This document shows, piece by piece, positions 30,167-40,642 of a DNA stretch of 56,425 nt. Positions within the stretch are counted from its first letter, which is position 1. Each line of letters begins with the position of its first letter. The DNA lies in contig JBAXYX010000001.1 in the NCBI GenBank assembly GCA_041670625.1, positions 1-56,425 on the forward strand, in the 5' to 3' direction. Origin of the DNA: Lentimicrobiaceae bacterium. GTDB lineage: Bacteria; Bacteroidota; Bacteroidia; Bacteroidales; Lentimicrobiaceae. The notes beneath the pieces were generated by a model. It was not told the origin of the DNA, did no database searches, and saw only the letters and a list, made by a program, of their open reading frames with translations. The translations under genes and the position numbers were made by a program.

Positions 30167-32200
30167 CTTTAACCCTTTGGTAATCACTATACTTATAGAC
30201 TGAAGTAGACTGATTTTCGTATCCTCCGTCAGGTACTTTATAGAATCTAAAATCGTTACTCAAACCTGAGCAATTAATTGATTCCAGACATTTAAGAAAA
30301 TCACCTCCATAATAATAGAGTGCATTCAGGAAATAGAAGGTAGCATCATAACCTAAAAATGCATATTTATCAATTTCAGGCTCAGCAATATAACGATCGC
30401 GGAATAGTTTTAAAAAGTGCTTAACACCCGGATTATTATAATCAACAAACCAAGGTTTGAAGAAGTGAGTATTCAGTTTCATCAGGTAATTATAATCCAG
30501 TTCCAATTCTTCCCATTCAGATAAACCCACCACTGTTATCTGATATGATTCTGCTTTTTCCGATAATTCACGCAACAATGACGATAGTATAGCCTGTTCA
30601 GTTGTTACTATTACAATAATGTTTTGTTTCCCGGAAACTAGTTTTTTACTTAAACCACTCCATCCTGAAATGCTGTAGATTACTTCTTTATATTTGACAG
30701 AATTAGCACTATCCAATGTTAGCGAATTCTTTAGCACCTGTGCAGTACCTTTATTGTCCTCTCCATTACGACGTAAAATAATAATATTGTCTTTACTGTG
30801 GGCCGATTTAAGATATTGAGCCAATGCATTTGTTTGCGACCAGGTAGAAGGCTGAAGCTTAACTACATTTCCATTCCCTTTAGTAAATTCAGACCTCCTT
30901 GAAAGCGGGTTAATCAAAGGAATATTATGTTGCTGTGCAAATGGCAAAACCAAGTTAAAACTTTCAGCAAAGAAAGGACCAATAATCATATTCATATCAT
31001 CAAGTTCACGATTATTAAGCAGTCGCCTGGTTTTATTTACATCATCACCAAAATCACAATCAAACACGTGCACTTTCACTTTCATACCCAATGAGGCCAT
31101 AGAATCAGCGGCTATTAATGCACCTTCATAGAACTGAATAAAATCGAATGAAATATATTCATGCGGACTCTTGCTTTCCGAAAAGCTTTCCAAAGAAATA
31201 CTGTCCATCAGTTCAAGTTGCATGGGAATAAGCAAGGCTATATTATATTCAATATTATGATTTGCAATTTTAGAGCAGGATTTAGTCGCAACCATAGTAT
31301 TTGCCTGCCTGTTGATGGCTCTGCCCATAATCACAGAATCAGGTATCGGTAAAGGCCTGACGTCTTTTAATATTTTGGGAATCTTTAAAATATAACCTTT
31401 ACGCAAATTGCCATCTAAGCCTGGATTTGCCTTAATTATATCATTCATCTCAACATTATAAAGCCGTGAAATCCCATACAAGGTTTCTTTTCGTTCTACG
31501 GTATGATTGATAAAGTTAGTATCAGTAACCTGAATTGACAAAGCTGTTGGCGCTTCAGCAAGCGTAGCCGGTACACTTAAACCTGACCTACCTTAAGACC
31601 TTCATTTAGAACAGGGTTTAAACGAATTAATTCTTCAATTGTAGTACTATACTTCTTCGAGAGACTATAGAGTGTTTCCTGGGGAAGTACAGTATGCTCT
31701 GCATGTCCGGAGGTAATCACCTTCAATACCCCTGATACTTTTGGAATACGTACACTCATCCCTATTTTTAAGGTATCAATGTCAGGGTTAGCCATAATTA
31801 ACTCTTTCACTGGTACTTTATAAGTCCTTGAAATGCCAAACCAGGTTTCATGAGGCTGCACGATATGAAAGTTGGAATCCGGAACCGTTGGTTCATTAAC
31901 TTCCTGATCAGCTTCTGCAACATCAGGGTGAGTGCTTTTAACAGGAATTCTTACTATTTGATTTGGTTGTAAACCTGAAGATATTTCAGGGTTTGCCCTT
32001 AATATCTCTACATTTGAAATTCCATATAGCAATGCCAAGGTCTGTATGGTCTCCCCTTTATTTACAAAATGCATATAGTACTGCGCTCCTTTATAAGTTT
32101 CTATAATAGATGATTTTTTTGATACATCTTGCGGAAACAGACTTTGGATGCAAAGCAGACATACAAAAGCAAAACTCAGGAATACTTTCACTTCTTTCAA
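30159..32200 (-). pseudogene. multi-LysM plus periplasmic-binding-fold protein split by a 1-bp frameshift (ORFs 31577-32200 and 30159-31541)
   Basis: Three LysM repeats in the upstream ORF; one LysM plus IIGPFF-type binding domain downstream. One extra T at 31579-31581 gives a continuous GQVLSVPATLAEAPTALSIQ. Confidence 0.8.
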
Positions 32201-32221
32201 ATATTAATTAATAATTATACT

Positions 32222-33751
32222 TTATTCCCACTCAATAGTAGCAGGTGGTTTTGAACTAATGTCGTATACAACCCTGTTAACCCCTTTTACTTTGTTGATG
32301 ATATCATTAGATACCTTGGCTAGAAATTCATACGGCAAATGGGACCAATCGGCTGTCATTCCATCAGTTGAGCCTACAGCACGAAGAGCAATCACATTAT
32401 CATAAGTCCTTTCATCACCCATTACACCAACTGATTTAACAGGTAACAGAATAACGGCTGCCTGCCATACCTTGTCATAGAGTTGAGCAATTTTCAAACC
32501 TTCAATAAATATATGATCAGCCTCCTGCAGAATATTGATTTTTTGTGGGGTAATATCACCCAGAATTCTTATTCCCAAACCTGGTCCCGGGAATGGATGA
32601 CGACTAAGGATACTGTCACTGATACCGAGTTTATAACCTACTTTACGCACCTCGTCTTTAAAGAGGCTCTTAAGTGGTTCTATTACCTTAAGCTTCATAT
32701 AGTCAGGCAAACCGCCCACATTATGATGCGACTTTATAGTAGCTGAAGGACCATTTACCGAAATAGATTCAATAACATCAGGATATATAGTACCCTGCCC
32801 GAGCCAACTTACATTTGTTATCAAATGTGCTTCCTGATCAAAAACATCAATGAATGTCTTACCGATCGCTTTACGCTTCAACTCAGGTTCCGATAAACCT
32901 TCAAGAGCTTTAAGAAACGCAGCCCCAGCATCAACTCCTTTTACATTGAGTCCCATGTTCTTGTATGATTCCAATACTTCAGGATACTCATTCTTCCTGA
33001 GTAACCCATTATTAACAAATATACAATGCAGGTTGGAGCCGATTGCCCTGTGCAAAAGAACAGCAGCTACTGTTGAATCAACACCTCCTGACAATCCCAT
33101 TACTACCTTATCATCACCTATTTTTTGTTTAAGCTCTTGAATAGTTGTTTCTATAAAGGAGGCAGGTGTCCATAGTTGAGAACATCTACTGATATTAATT
33201 ACAAAGTTTTGTAGAATAACACTTCCCTGGATTGAATGGTATACTTCAGGATGGAATTGGATACCCCAGGTATCTTCACCTTTTATCTGAAAACCAGCAA
33301 TCTCAACATCGGCAGTACTGGCAATGATATCGAAATTATCAGGTTTTCTCAAAATAGTATCACCATGTGACATCCATACTTGACTTCCTTTGGAAATACC
33401 ATTTAGTAAAGGATTTGAGTCATCTACATATCCGAGATTCGCACGGCCATATTCCCTGGTTTGTGAAGCTTTTACTTCTCCCCCATAATTATGAGCAAGG
33501 AATTGTGCACCATAGCAAATTGCCAGCATGGGTACTTTGCCCTTTATGTCTTTTAAGTCAGGATAAGGTGAATCAGCATCGCGTACCGAAAAAGGACTAC
33601 CCGATAGAATGACACCCTTTACGTCTAAGGTAATTTGAGGTATCTTATTAAATGGATAAATTTCACAATAAACATTCAGTTCCCTGACTCTACGGGCTAT
33701 AAGTTGGGTATATTGTGAACCGAAATCTAAAATAATAATTGTCTCTTGCAT
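32222..33751 (-). CDS. guaA: glutamine-hydrolysing GMP synthase
   Basis: [41 protein letters not shown]. Confidence 0.97.
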   Translation of the reverse strand: MQETIIILDFGSQYTQLIARRVRELNVYCEIYPFNKIPQITLDVKGVILSGSPFSVRDADSPYPDLKDIKGKVPMLAICYGAQFLAHNYGGEVKASQTREYGRANLGYVDDSNPLLNGISKGSQVWMSHGDTILRKPDNFDIIASTADVEIAGFQIKGEDTWGIQFHPEVYHSIQGSVILQNFVINISRCSQLWTPASFIETTIQELKQKIGDDKVVMGLSGGVDSTVAAVLLHRAIGSNLHCIFVNNGLLRKNEYPEVLESYKNMGLNVKGVDAGAAFLKALEGLSEPELKRKAIGKTFIDVFDQEAHLITNVSWLGQGTIYPDVIESISVNGPSATIKSHHNVGGLPDYMKLKVIEPLKSLFKDEVRKVGYKLGISDSILSRHPFPGPGLGIRILGDITPQKINILQEADHIFIEGLKIAQLYDKVWQAAVILLPVKSVGVMGDERTYDNVIALRAVGSTDGMTADWSHLPYEFLAKVSNDIINKVKGVNRVVYDISSKPPATIEWE

Positions 33752-33756
33752 GTGTG

Positions 33757-33764
33757 CAAAGGTA
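33757..33764 (-). promoter_or_regulatory. -7 element TACCTTTG directly upstream of guaA
   Basis: Minus strand reads TACCTTTGCACACATG. Confidence 0.55.
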
Positions 33765-34055
33765 GTGGTTAATGGTCAATTGATTATTAGTTGAAAAAAC
33801 ATTTCTTTAGGAGAAATTCATGAATTTCGCCATTATACTCCAGCTGCTAATTTAATAATCTTAATGGTGCTAAACACATCACATTCTCATCTGTTTAACT
33901 ATTACGCCAACACCTTGTAGAAATTAGTACACAATATATCATCTACTTACATACTTTGTATACTATTGCTTTACAACGATTTAAATAGCACTATTGAGTT
34001 TGGCTCTACTTTTGATGAAATAAACAACATAACAATTGGAAAACTCTCACAAATC

Positions 34056-34928
34056 ATGAAAAGACTTATCTTATTATTAGCGCTAATCCCTTTCGTTTTT
34101 GCAGCATGTGAAAACAAAGAACAAACTGCACAAATAAAACAGTTGCAGCAAGAACAATCAATGTTGATTAATGACGCAAAAACAAAAGATTCATTAATTA
34201 ACGACTTCATGCAGACTCTAAACGAAATTGAAGCTAATCTCGCTGAAATTAAGACTACTGAAAAATTAATCAGCAAAGAAACTGCATCAGGAACAGAATT
34301 AAGCTCTTCAGCACGTCAACGTGTCAATGAAGATATCAGGCTAATCAATGGGTTGATGTCTGAAAACAAGCAAAAGATCGCATCTTTAAATCATCAACTT
34401 AAAAAATCAAATCTGAAAATTGCAGAATTTGAAAAAATGGTTGAAGCTACAAACCAACAACTTGCATTAAGGGTGCATGAAATCGATTCTTTAAAATCCG
34501 AGTTATCTACGCGTAATTTCACCATTGCAGTCTTGAATGATACCATTTCACAGATGTCAAATCGTACCAGAAATTTATCAAGCCAAATTACGCAGAAAAC
34601 CAATGAATTGAATACCGCCTATTATATTGTTGGCAATCACAAAGCTCTGATTGAACAAAAAATTATTAATAAATCAGGGGGTGTTCTTGGTATAGGTAAA
34701 ACTGAAAATGTTGCAGGTGATGTTGACCTTAATAACTTTACTAAAGTGGATATCCGTAATTTGAAATCAATACCACTAAATGTTAAAAAAGCAACTATAA
34801 TGTCAGTACACCCTGCCGGTTCATACGAATTAGTGGGTGATAAGAAAAAAGTCACTGAACTTAAAATTAAAGATCCGGTTCTTTTCTGGGAAAAATCAAG
34901 GATGTTGGTTATCTCAACCGAAATTTAA
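34056..34928 (+). CDS. coiled-coil lipoprotein (conserved Bacteroidota type; start placed at MKRLILL)
   Basis: Lipobox FAAC, long heptad region, C-terminal NTAYYIVG...HPAGSY...FW domain; TACTTTTG -7 element at 34007-34014. Confidence 0.8.
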   Translation: MKRLILLLALIPFVFAACENKEQTAQIKQLQQEQSMLINDAKTKDSLINDFMQTLNEIEANLAEIKTTEKLISKETASGTELSSSARQRVNEDIRLINGLMSENKQKIASLNHQLKKSNLKIAEFEKMVEATNQQLALRVHEIDSLKSELSTRNFTIAVLNDTISQMSNRTRNLSSQITQKTNELNTAYYIVGNHKALIEQKIINKSGGVLGIGKTENVAGDVDLNNFTKVDIRNLKSIPLNVKKATIMSVHPAGSYELVGDKKKVTELKIKDPVLFWEKSRMLVISTEI

Positions 34929-34951
34929 TCACTGCATTTTTATATATTTAT

Positions 34952-34981
34952 CCCCCCGGCAATAATTGTCGGGGGGTTTTT
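34952..34981 (+). terminator. intrinsic terminator
   Basis: Stem ccccccggcaa / ttgtcgggggg followed by ttttt. Confidence 0.8.
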
Positions 34982-35012
34982 ACGTTGTATTAATCTACGT
35001 ATCTGATAAATA

Positions 35013-37691
35013 ATGAAAAAAACGAAGACAACAGTTAATATCAAATGGAAGATTGCCACTGGTTTCCTATTACTACTGATACTCGTTTTTGTTTCTGTAT
35101 TGTCAGTTAATAAGCTTGCAACCCAACTCACTCTTCCTGATTCCGGAGTTTCTTCTTCTGTAACTAAACTTTCTATTACCAGCAACCTATTATCAAACCT
35201 TATTGAAACTGACGGAAAGGCTCGTGCATATATAAGCACCGGGAATATTGAATATCTGAAGCAATATCAACAACACGAACTTGAAACCCGGTCACTGTTA
35301 GATTCGCTAACTTTAAGCAGTATCAGCAATACGAATCAGTATTTACGAATGCTGGCTGTTGACAGTCTCCTTGATTTAAAGCACATGATCCTGACGGAGT
35401 TTATTGAAGCCAGGCTTCAAAGTTCAAAAAATGACACTTATAATTTAGGCAATATTGTTCATAAGTATGGTGATTCTATCAGAGTTACCAACCATACTAT
35501 TTCAAAGACGATCACTAAGCAAATCCTCACTCCCCCGTTAGAAAAGCAAGGCTTAATAAAAAAGTTATGGAAAAACATAACCGGTAAGAAGAAGTCAGAT
35601 ACATTAGTTAAAGCCAGTCCTTCTGTCCATGTTGAGTATGATACGTTATTAATCTCTAAAGCTGTTCGTGACACCACTTTAGGACATGTGAAGTCACAGC
35701 TTTTAAAGATAGAAAAGCGGGAAAAGATAAGCAGACAATTGGCTATTGAGCATGAAATGATGCTTATCCAGGCTGATCAGGATATCATGAATGAAATCAG
35801 GGCTGTATTATTGCTATTTGAAAAGGAGGAAATCGCCCGCGCTATTAAAGGAACTGAAAACAGCCGTAAAGTACTCGACAAATTATGGATAACTGCTCTA
35901 GTTCTTGCTGCAATCGGACTCATCACTGCATTGTTTTTTATAGTCATGATCTGGAAAGACTTAGCAAAAAGTGCGTTTTATCGAAAGCAATTAGAACAGG
36001 CCCGGTCACTTGCTGAATCATTGTTAAAGGTAAAAGAACAATTTCTTGCCAACATGAGTCATGAAATCCGGACTCCTCTTACCTCAATAATCGGATTCAC
36101 TGAAAGGTTATCAGAAACAAAGATTGACAAGGAACAAGCCAGTTACCTGAAATACATTAATTCTTCCTCCGAGCATTTACTTGAACTAATTAATGATCTA
36201 CTCGATTTCACCAGAATCAATAGTGGCAAACTCACCCTCGAATCAAAACCATTTGCTCCTGCCGATCTCTTTGAACAGGCCTTTGATACTTTAGAGCCAC
36301 GAGCACGTGAAAAAGGATTGGAAATGATCCTTCAGCAAAATTTCCCTCCTTACCTATTTGCTGGTGACCCTTTGCGTTTAAGACAAATAATTTACAATCT
36401 CCTCAGTAACAGTATCAAATTTACCCAACAAGGCAAAATAGTATTACAAATCAAAGCCAAAGAATCAGAAAAAGACAACCTGGTTAATATAATTATAAGA
36501 GTTGCAGATACAGGGATTGGCATTCCTGAAGAAAAACAAAAAATGATATTTGAGGAATTCACCCAAGTTGATCACAGTATTACACGTAAATATGGCGGTT
36601 CAGGCCTGGGACTGGCAATTTGCTGCAAATTGGTAGAGATGATGTATGGTACTATCAGTGTGATTAGCAAACCTGACCATGGTACTATTTTTACGATTAA
36701 ACTTGCTTTGCCCATATATAAGGGCGACAAATCAGTAGTTGATACCAGTTCCCATGTCAATAAAAACTCTGATTTGAGTAAGCTCACAATCTTACTGGCA
36801 GAAGATGATAATACTACCCGTATGCTGCTTAATGAGCTTTTAGAAAGATACAAAGCTAAGGTCTACCAAGCTGAAGATGGATCATCAGCATTTCAGATAT
36901 TCAAAAAACATGCTGAAATATTCAATCTTGTGATAACGGATGTACAGATGCCGGGGCTTAGTGGTCCTGAACTACTTGATAGAATCAAAGAATGGTGTTT
37001 AAAACAGAATATAGAAACTCCAATTGTTATAGGTCTTACAGCTCATGCTGATAGTCATGAAATAAACGGCTATAAGGCTCGGGGCATGGACCATATTATT
37101 ATTAAGCCTTTTAAGCGTGCTGATTTGTTACGAGTCCTAAATTTGGTTGCCACTAGTAAACTCAAAAACTCCACCAGTGATGCCTTGAATGGCAGCAAAA
37201 CCAGCGATGTCACAAACAATACCGAGGAGACCAAAACCAAAGATAGTAACGTCATCGTTACTGCTATAAATGACAGCAAGCCTGAAAGCGACCTTATTAC
37301 CTCTGAAAAGGAAAGTAAACATAGAATCGGTATCACATCAGAAGATGATGATGATATAGATATAACAAACTTCCAAAAATTTGCGGGTAATGATCAGGAT
37401 GCTTTGAACCAGATAATTGTTTCCCTGACTGAGAATATAACTGTTACATCTAAACAAATGCAGGACGCATTTAAGGAAAAGAACTTCATGGAATTATCAC
37501 TTCTGGCACATCGTATCCAACCTAATATCCGGTCACTGGGAGCTAAAGATATTGCTTATTATTTACGAAACCTTGAGGTTATTTGTAAAGAAGTACCTGT
37601 CAAAGAAGAAATAGTAAGCCAAAATCTCATCAAATCAGTAAAACACTTGCAAGAAATAAAAGAAAAGCTCAAGAATAAAATTACCAACTAA
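35013..37691 (+). CDS. membrane hybrid sensor histidine kinase (HisKA-HATPase-REC-Hpt)
   Basis: Two TMs, ANMSHEIRTPL, NLLSNSIKFT, DTGIG, GGSGLGL, REC (AEDD...TDVQMP...KPF), C-terminal AHRIQP Hpt-like helix. Confidence 0.92.
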   Translation: MKKTKTTVNIKWKIATGFLLLLILVFVSVLSVNKLATQLTLPDSGVSSSVTKLSITSNLLSNLIETDGKARAYISTGNIEYLKQYQQHELETRSLLDSLTLSSISNTNQYLRMLAVDSLLDLKHMILTEFIEARLQSSKNDTYNLGNIVHKYGDSIRVTNHTISKTITKQILTPPLEKQGLIKKLWKNITGKKKSDTLVKASPSVHVEYDTLLISKAVRDTTLGHVKSQLLKIEKREKISRQLAIEHEMMLIQADQDIMNEIRAVLLLFEKEEIARAIKGTENSRKVLDKLWITALVLAAIGLITALFFIVMIWKDLAKSAFYRKQLEQARSLAESLLKVKEQFLANMSHEIRTPLTSIIGFTERLSETKIDKEQASYLKYINSSSEHLLELINDLLDFTRINSGKLTLESKPFAPADLFEQAFDTLEPRAREKGLEMILQQNFPPYLFAGDPLRLRQIIYNLLSNSIKFTQQGKIVLQIKAKESEKDNLVNIIIRVADTGIGIPEEKQKMIFEEFTQVDHSITRKYGGSGLGLAICCKLVEMMYGTISVISKPDHGTIFTIKLALPIYKGDKSVVDTSSHVNKNSDLSKLTILLAEDDNTTRMLLNELLERYKAKVYQAEDGSSAFQIFKKHAEIFNLVITDVQMPGLSGPELLDRIKEWCLKQNIETPIVIGLTAHADSHEINGYKARGMDHIIIKPFKRADLLRVLNLVATSKLKNSTSDALNGSKTSDVTNNTEETKTKDSNVIVTAINDSKPESDLITSEKESKHRIGITSEDDDDIDITNFQKFAGNDQDALNQIIVSLTENITVTSKQMQDAFKEKNFMELSLLAHRIQPNIRSLGAKDIAYYLRNLEVICKEVPVKEEIVSQNLIKSVKHLQEIKEKLKNKITN

Positions 37692-37730
37692 AATTCTTTA
37701 CTATTACCTAAGTACAAAATCCATGTAATT

Positions 37731-37810
37731 CAACCATCATACCTGTACCTCAACCATCAAACCTATAACTTAACCATCCTACCCATAACTCAACCATGAT
37801 ATATAAAATC
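37731..37810. repeat. 20-bp degenerate tandem repeat (about 4 units)
   Basis: caaccatcatacctgtacct / caaccatcaaacctataact / taaccatcctacccataact / caaccatgatatataaaatc. Confidence 0.8.
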
Positions 37811-37957
37811 CACAGCTTAATAAACATATAGTTTTGGCAGTGACGCTGCCTCCGGGATTCATAATGACCCAATTATTAACTAAAGGGTGGCAACTCCATT
37901 ATTAGCAAAAGCACTTGAGTTCACTTGCTAACTTAAGTTCTTGCAGATCACCCCGGA

Positions 37958-39358
37958 TTACAGAGGAATATTATACTGTTTCATTTTATTGTAAAGGGTT
38001 TTTCTATCAACATTCAAGATTTTAGCTGCTCTTGATTTATTAAATCGCACCTTTTCAAGAGTAGAAATAATCAATTCGCGTTCACTTTTGTGTGCAGCAT
38101 CACGCAAATCAACAGCAGGAAGCTCTTCAGTTTGCGGTTGATAGTTCGAAACAGGTTGCTGAGTAGTCAGGGATAAATTCCTGGTTATGTGTTGCATTGC
38201 TTCGTCAATTATTTCATCAGGAAGAGTGTTTTTATATACAATATTCCCTTTTGTCAACAGTACCGATCTTTTGATAATATTACGGAACTCTCTGAAATTG
38301 CCTGGCCATGAATACCTCGAAAAGACATCTATTACCTCATCATCAAAAAATTCCACATTCCTGTTAAGTTCAGTATTTGCCTGTTTAAGAAAGTGATTTG
38401 CAAAGAGCATCATATCCTCAAGTCTTTGACGTAATGGGACTACTTGGATAGCAAACTCATTTATACGGTGATACAGATCTTCTCTAAAATCTCCCCTTGC
38501 TACCGCTTGCTTAAGGTCTTCATTGGTTGCTGTGATAATCCTCACATCAATAATGGTCTCATTGTTTGAGCCAATACGCCTAATCCTGCGTTCCTGAATT
38601 GCCCTTAATAGTTGAATCTGAATATCATAACCCAAATTACCAATTTCATCAAGGAAAATGGTGCCTCCGTTCGCAGACTCAAATTGGCCTTGTTTATCGG
38701 AAAAAGCACCAGTATATGATCCTTTAAGATGACCAAACAACTCGCTACCTGCCAAATCACGCGGGAGTGCACCACAATCAATAGCTATAAATTTTTTGTC
38801 TGCACGCTGACTCTGCAAGTGTATTTTCCTGGCGATAAATTCTTTACCTGTACCACTCTCCCCCATTAATAATACCGACATATTAGTAGGTGCAACAAGA
38901 CTCACGTGTTCACTTATCTTTTTAGCAGCAGAACTATATCCTTCAACAAAGAAGTCTGACTTATCTTTTGATATTTTACTCTCAGCAATATTTTCAGTGG
39001 AAGGATTAAGTGCTCTTTTAATAGTAGCCAATATCTCATCAGGATTAACCGGTTTAGCCACATAATCAAATGCTCCCATTTTCATAGCCTGAACGGCAGT
39101 GCGAATATCAGCATATCCAGTCATGAGAACAACAGGCACCTGTGGCCTTTCACGCATCACAGTTCTCAGCATTTCCAGTCCATCCTGATCCGGCAATCTA
39201 AGGTCAGTTAACACAATATCAGGTTTGAAAGCAATCATTTTCTTACTTCCATCACCATAAGAAAATGCTTGTTGAACTATAAAACCATGCTTTGTAAGAA
39301 AAGTATTCAGCATCAGGCAGAAAGTAACATCATCATCAACAACCAAAACTTTACTCAT
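37958..39358 (-). CDS. sigma54-dependent NtrC-family response regulator
   Basis: REC (VDDD, TDLRLP), GESGTGKE, GSYTGA, FLDEIG, FREDLYHR, WPGNFRE, Fis-type HTH. Confidence 0.95.
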   Translation of the reverse strand: MSKVLVVDDDVTFCLMLNTFLTKHGFIVQQAFSYGDGSKKMIAFKPDIVLTDLRLPDQDGLEMLRTVMRERPQVPVVLMTGYADIRTAVQAMKMGAFDYVAKPVNPDEILATIKRALNPSTENIAESKISKDKSDFFVEGYSSAAKKISEHVSLVAPTNMSVLLMGESGTGKEFIARKIHLQSQRADKKFIAIDCGALPRDLAGSELFGHLKGSYTGAFSDKQGQFESANGGTIFLDEIGNLGYDIQIQLLRAIQERRIRRIGSNNETIIDVRIITATNEDLKQAVARGDFREDLYHRINEFAIQVVPLRQRLEDMMLFANHFLKQANTELNRNVEFFDDEVIDVFSRYSWPGNFREFRNIIKRSVLLTKGNIVYKNTLPDEIIDEAMQHITRNLSLTTQQPVSNYQPQTEELPAVDLRDAAHKSERELIISTLEKVRFNKSRAAKILNVDRKTLYNKMKQYNIPL

Positions 39359-39443
39359 GCAAGGTAATATTATCATTTAATTTATCATTAGTGCACCCAA
39401 AATTAATCAGTTACCTATCAAGGCTCTAACGCCCGGCAATAGT

Positions 39444-40430
39444 CTATTCTATTCCTGCAAAGTGTTTCATAAACTGCACACGCTCAAATGCTGCAGGGTT
39501 TTCAGCTTTTTTCATGCTTAACCTCCCAATGAATTCATCAGTGTTTTCATAATTGTGCTTCTGCATCCACGCTGATAACTCATTATTCATGGTCGTAATT
39601 CTTTCGAATCCATTTTGATAAAGTGTTGAAACCACCTGTACAGCTTTAGCGCCAACCAGTAATTGTTTAATCAGGCCCTTCCCATCATGTACCCCGGTAG
39701 AAGCACAGGCATCGCAATGAAGTTTTTGTGAAAGCATTGCTACCCATCGCAGCGAATTAGTAATCTCATCAGGGTTACTGAAAATACTTGAAGGAACAAC
39801 TTGCATTGTATCAATATCAATATCAGGTGTATAGAACCTGTTAAACAGTACAATTCCTTTAATCCCTGTCCATGATAACTCTATTGCTGTCTTAGCTAAT
39901 GATGAAAAGTAGTAACTCATTTTAATGGAAACAGGAATCTTCACATTTTTTATTACTTCCTGTACTATATCAAAGTAGACTTTCTCATTTCTTTTACAGT
40001 CCATAGAAGGATCACTTGGCAAAACAAAGATGTTTAATTCAATAGCATCTGCACCAGCATCTTCCATTTTTTTTGCATAAGCAATCCACTCATCCGTTGA
40101 TATACAGTTAATGCTTGCAATAATCGGAATACCGACATTTTTTGAAGCTTCACTGATCAGATCAAGGTACTTAGCCACTTGTTCTCCCCTGCTGTAATGT
40201 GCAATATAATCATAAGCTTCCGGATAAGGGATAATAGTGCTGTCATCAGTGAACAGATGTGCTATTTCATGGCGAATTTGTTCCTCAAACAATGATTTTA
40301 AAACAACAGCTCCGGCACCAAGTTTTTCAAATTGCCTAATATTTTCTAATTTATTGGTTAGTCCTGAGCTTCCAACAATAATTGGGCTCTTAAGAGATAA
40401 GCCCATATAGGTTGTTCCAATGTTTACCAT
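39444..40430 (-). CDS. dihydroorotate dehydrogenase-like flavoprotein
   Basis: GAGAVVLKSLFEEQI, IIASIN, ELN, LFNRFY, STGVH. Confidence 0.85.
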   Translation of the reverse strand: MVNIGTTYMGLSLKSPIIVGSSGLTNKLENIRQFEKLGAGAVVLKSLFEEQIRHEIAHLFTDDSTIIPYPEAYDYIAHYSRGEQVAKYLDLISEASKNVGIPIIASINCISTDEWIAYAKKMEDAGADAIELNIFVLPSDPSMDCKRNEKVYFDIVQEVIKNVKIPVSIKMSYYFSSLAKTAIELSWTGIKGIVLFNRFYTPDIDIDTMQVVPSSIFSNPDEITNSLRWVAMLSQKLHCDACASTGVHDGKGLIKQLLVGAKAVQVVSTLYQNGFERITTMNNELSAWMQKHNYENTDEFIGRLSMKKAENPAAFERVQFMKHFAGIE

Positions 40431-40503
40431 GGCTGCGAATAATTAAATTTAGTCTACGTTTTAGCTAACAAATATAAAACTTATTAAACAATAATATCTT
40501 AAA

Positions 40504-40548
40504 AATAATGAACCTGCCCAATCATAAAATCTGGCAGGTCTCATTATT
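40504..40548 (-). terminator. putative terminator hairpin after the S41 gene
   Basis: Core IR acctgcc / ggcaggt with flanking aataatga / tcattatt, and a T run on the minus strand. Confidence 0.5.
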
Positions 40549-40642
40549 CCTAAAGTTAGATCAATCTAGTAAGCTATACTTATTCAATCTGCTTTGGCCA
40601 TACCTAATCTATCGCGCTTATAGCTATACTGAATCAGTCATA

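Noticed and set aside
31570-31590. Phase variation or programmed frameshift in the LysM gene
   Set aside because: The run is only three T's and there is no slippery heptamer; point deletion or sequencing error is simpler.
37731-37810. Possible CRISPR array (also considered for 13387-13470 and 14152-14220)
   Set aside because: The units are contiguous and degenerate with no unique spacers, and there are no cas genes in the window.
35013-39358. Conjugative transposon implied by the RteA/RteB-like pair
   Set aside because: No tetQ, rteC, integrase or tra genes; the flanks are housekeeping.
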